24,000 nucleotides of DNA from Planobispora rosea (GTDB lineage: Bacteria > Actinomycetota > Actinomycetes > Streptosporangiales > Streptosporangiaceae), in NCBI RefSeq assembly GCF_014648175.1, contig NZ_BMQP01000003.1, forward strand, positions 255,600 through 279,599, written 5' to 3'. Each line of letters opens with the position of its first letter. The first letter of the stretch is position 1. A program made the translations under genes and the position numbers. Positions 22,409 to 24,000 of this stretch are shown in pieces. Below the pieces are notes generated by a model, which was not told the origin of the DNA, made no database searches, and saw nothing but the letters and a program-made list of their open reading frames with translations.

Positions 22409-24000
22409 ATGCGCAGCGTCCGTATCGGTGTCGACACCGGGGGCACGTTCACCGACGTGGTCGCGGTGGACGAGCAGACCGGTGAGATCATCACCACCAA
22501 GACCCCCTCCACCCCCGCCGACCCCGCCGACGGTTTCATGACGGGCGTGCGGAAGGTGCTCGGCGAGTACGGCGCCACGGTCTCGTCAGCTGAACACGAC
22601 ACCGAAGTCTCGTCGGTGGTGCACGGGACCACGGTCGCCACCAACCAGCTCCTCGAGGACCGCATCGCCGACCTCGGCTTCGTCACCACCGAGGGATTCG
22701 AGTTCATCCTGGAGATCGCCCGGCAGAGCGTGCCGGACGGCTACGGCAACTCCTACTTCTGGGTCAAGCCGCCCCGCATCGTCCCGGTGCACCGGATCAG
22801 GACCGTCGGCGGGCGGCTGGACCACACCGGCGCGGAGGTCCGGCCCTTCGACGAGGCGCGGGCCGCCGAGGTCGCCCGGTGGTTCCGGGACCGGGGGATC
22901 ACCGCGATCGGCGTGTGCTTCCTGCACTCCTATGCCAACCCCGGACACGAGCTGCGCATGCGCGAGGTCCTGGCCCGCGAGCATCCCGGCGCGACCGTCT
23001 CGATCTCCAGCGACGTGCTGCGCGAGTACCGCGAGTACGAGCGGTCGGTCACCACGCTGGTCGACGCCGCGGTCAAGCCGACCATGCGCCGCTACATCGC
23101 CAGCCTGTCCGGACGGCTCGGCATGCCGTTCTCGGTGATGAAGAGCAACGGCGGCGTGTTGTCGGCGGCCGAGGTCGTGAACCAGCCGATCACCACCGTG
23201 CTCTCCGGACCGGCCGCGGGCGCGCTGGGCGCGGCGCTGATCGCCTCCACCGCCGGGCACCCCTCGGTGATCACGCTGGACGGCGGGGGGACCTCCACCG
23301 ACGTCGCGGTCGTGGTCGACGGGGAGCCGTCACTGACCACCGAGGGCGGCATCGGCCGCTACCCGTGCAAGATCCCGATGATCGACATCGTGACCGTGGG
23401 CGCGGGGGGCGGGTCCATCGCGTGGATCTCACCCGAGGGCACGCTCAAGGTCGGCCCGCAGTCCGCCGGGGCCGACCCCGGCCCGCTCTGCTACGGCCGG
23501 GGCGGCACCGAGGTCACCGTCACCGACGCGCACGTCTTCCTCGGCCGGGTCCCGCCCCACCTGCTCGGCGGGGAGATCCCGCTCGACGCCGGGGCCGCGC
23601 GGCAGGGCATCGAGGCGCTGGCCGCCGAACTCGGGCTGAGCCCGGAGCGGACCGCGACCGGCATCCTGGAGATCAGCGCGTTCAACCAGTCCAACGCGAT
23701 CCGGCAGATCACCGTGAAGCGCGGCCTGGACGTGCGGGACTTCCCGATGGTCGCCTTCGGCGGCTCCGGCCCGCTGCTGGTCTGCAGGCTGATCGACATC
23801 CTCGGCCTGCCCGCGGTGCTCGTCCCGCCCGACCCGGGCAACGTCTCGGCGTTCGGCCTGCTCACCGTGGACGTCAAGAACGACTACGTGCGCACCTTCG
23901 TCACCCGCGACCTCTCCCTCGACGCCGCCGCGGAGATCTTCGGCGAGCTGGAGGGGCAGGCGGCCGAGGCCCTCGACCGCGAGGGGTTCACCGACCACGT
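22409..24000 (+). CDS. hydantoinase/oxoprolinase family protein, A-type (HyuA-like), 3'-partial
   Basis: This ORF is not in the supplied track. I translated it by hand from ATG 22409: MRSVRIGVDTGGTFTDVVAV...VVHGTTVATNQLLE...GVCFLHSYANP...MKSNGG...LSGPAAG...DGGGTSTDVAVV...VGAGGGSIAW...GPQSAGADPGPLCYGRGG...AFGGSGPL. The frame is open to the window end, GC3 is high, and an in-frame stop at 22388 bounds the start. Confidence 0.9.
   Translation, partial: MRSVRIGVDTGGTFTDVVAVDEQTGEIITTKTPSTPADPADGFMTGVRKVLGEYGATVSSAEHDTEVSSVVHGTTVATNQLLEDRIADLGFVTTEGFEFILEIARQSVPDGYGNSYFWVKPPRIVPVHRIRTVGGRLDHTGAEVRPFDEARAAEVARWFRDRGITAIGVCFLHSYANPGHELRMREVLAREHPGATVSISSDVLREYREYERSVTTLVDAAVKPTMRRYIASLSGRLGMPFSVMKSNGGVLSAAEVVNQPITTVLSGPAAGALGAALIASTAGHPSVITLDGGGTSTDVAVVVDGEPSLTTEGGIGRYPCKIPMIDIVTVGAGGGSIAWISPEGTLKVGPQSAGADPGPLCYGRGGTEVTVTDAHVFLGRVPPHLLGGEIPLDAGAARQGIEALAAELGLSPERTATGILEISAFNQSNAIRQITVKRGLDVRDFPMVAFGGSGPLLVCRLIDILGLPAVLVPPDPGNVSAFGLLTVDVKNDYVRTFVTRDLSLDAAAEIFGELEGQAAEALDREGFTDH

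Noticed and set aside
22246-22707. N-terminal 154-aa extension of the AIM24 ORF (track ORF 21544-22707), and ORF 21395-22402
   Set aside because: The extension is antisense to the start of the hydantoinase gene and its promoter region. It is Ser/Thr/Pro/Val-rich and lacks AIM24 similarity. The family-typical length is reached from ATG 22245.
1-24000. CRISPR arrays, IS/transposon ends, integrases, tRNA/rRNA genes, defence or biosynthetic clusters
   Set aside because: The only repeats seen are short tandem duplications (9-18 bp, 2-3 copies) and isolated palindromes. No transposase, integrase or Cas-like translations appear in any frame. The intergenic regions are too short or lack tRNA-like cloverleaf features by eye. 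A tRNAscan/Infernal run would confirm this.

Overview
The window looks like very G+C-rich actinomycete chromosomal DNA: real genes show strong G/C bias at third codon positions, GTG/TTG starts are frequent, and there is a DtxR/IdeR-type iron box. I support 24 protein-coding genes, two of them cut by the window edges. I found no rRNA, tRNA, CRISPR array, transposase/integrase, recognisable defence system or biosynthetic cluster.

Gene order:
- A 5'-partial secreted protein.
- An orphan bis-MGD molybdoenzyme.
- A divergent two-gene membrane operon: a His-box 4-TM protein plus a bitopic Cys-pair protein.
- An orphan membrane-embedded histidine kinase.
- cydBA (cytochrome bd oxidase), with no cydDC.
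- A 529-bp structured intergenic region.
- A small secreted Tyr/Lys/His-rich protein.
- An apparently truncated helical-repeat ORF.
- A polysaccharide deacetylase lipoprotein.
- An ECF sigma factor with an NTF2/SnoaL-type C-terminal extension, followed by a stand-alone NTF2-like protein.
- An iron-box-controlled siderophore-interacting reductase.
- A DUF2071-like protein.
- A membrane-anchored CoxG/SRPBCC protein.
- A Trp-rich orphan protein.
- A TetR plus DrrAB-like ABC efflux module.
- A DUF998-like membrane protein.
- Thymidine kinase.
- A small membrane protein.
- An AIM24-family protein.
- A 3'-partial hydantoinase/oxoprolinase A-type gene. This gene is absent from the supplied ORF track because it has no stop codon in the window.

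Several very long track ORFs (1038, 806, 1260, 750, 591 and 506 aa) are antisense or off-frame shadow ORFs typical of high-GC DNA, and I reject them.

Nothing here can be called a new system with confidence. The leads most worth a second look are:
- A 47-bp palindrome in the cydA leader, built from three phased CTAC-N5-GTAG boxes and resembling no cyd operator I know.
- The hairpin-dense 529-bp region and the unusual secreted protein beside it.
- The His-box membrane operon lying between the orphan molybdoenzyme and the orphan kinase/cydAB.

Functional calls come from reading motifs in the translations, not from database searches.
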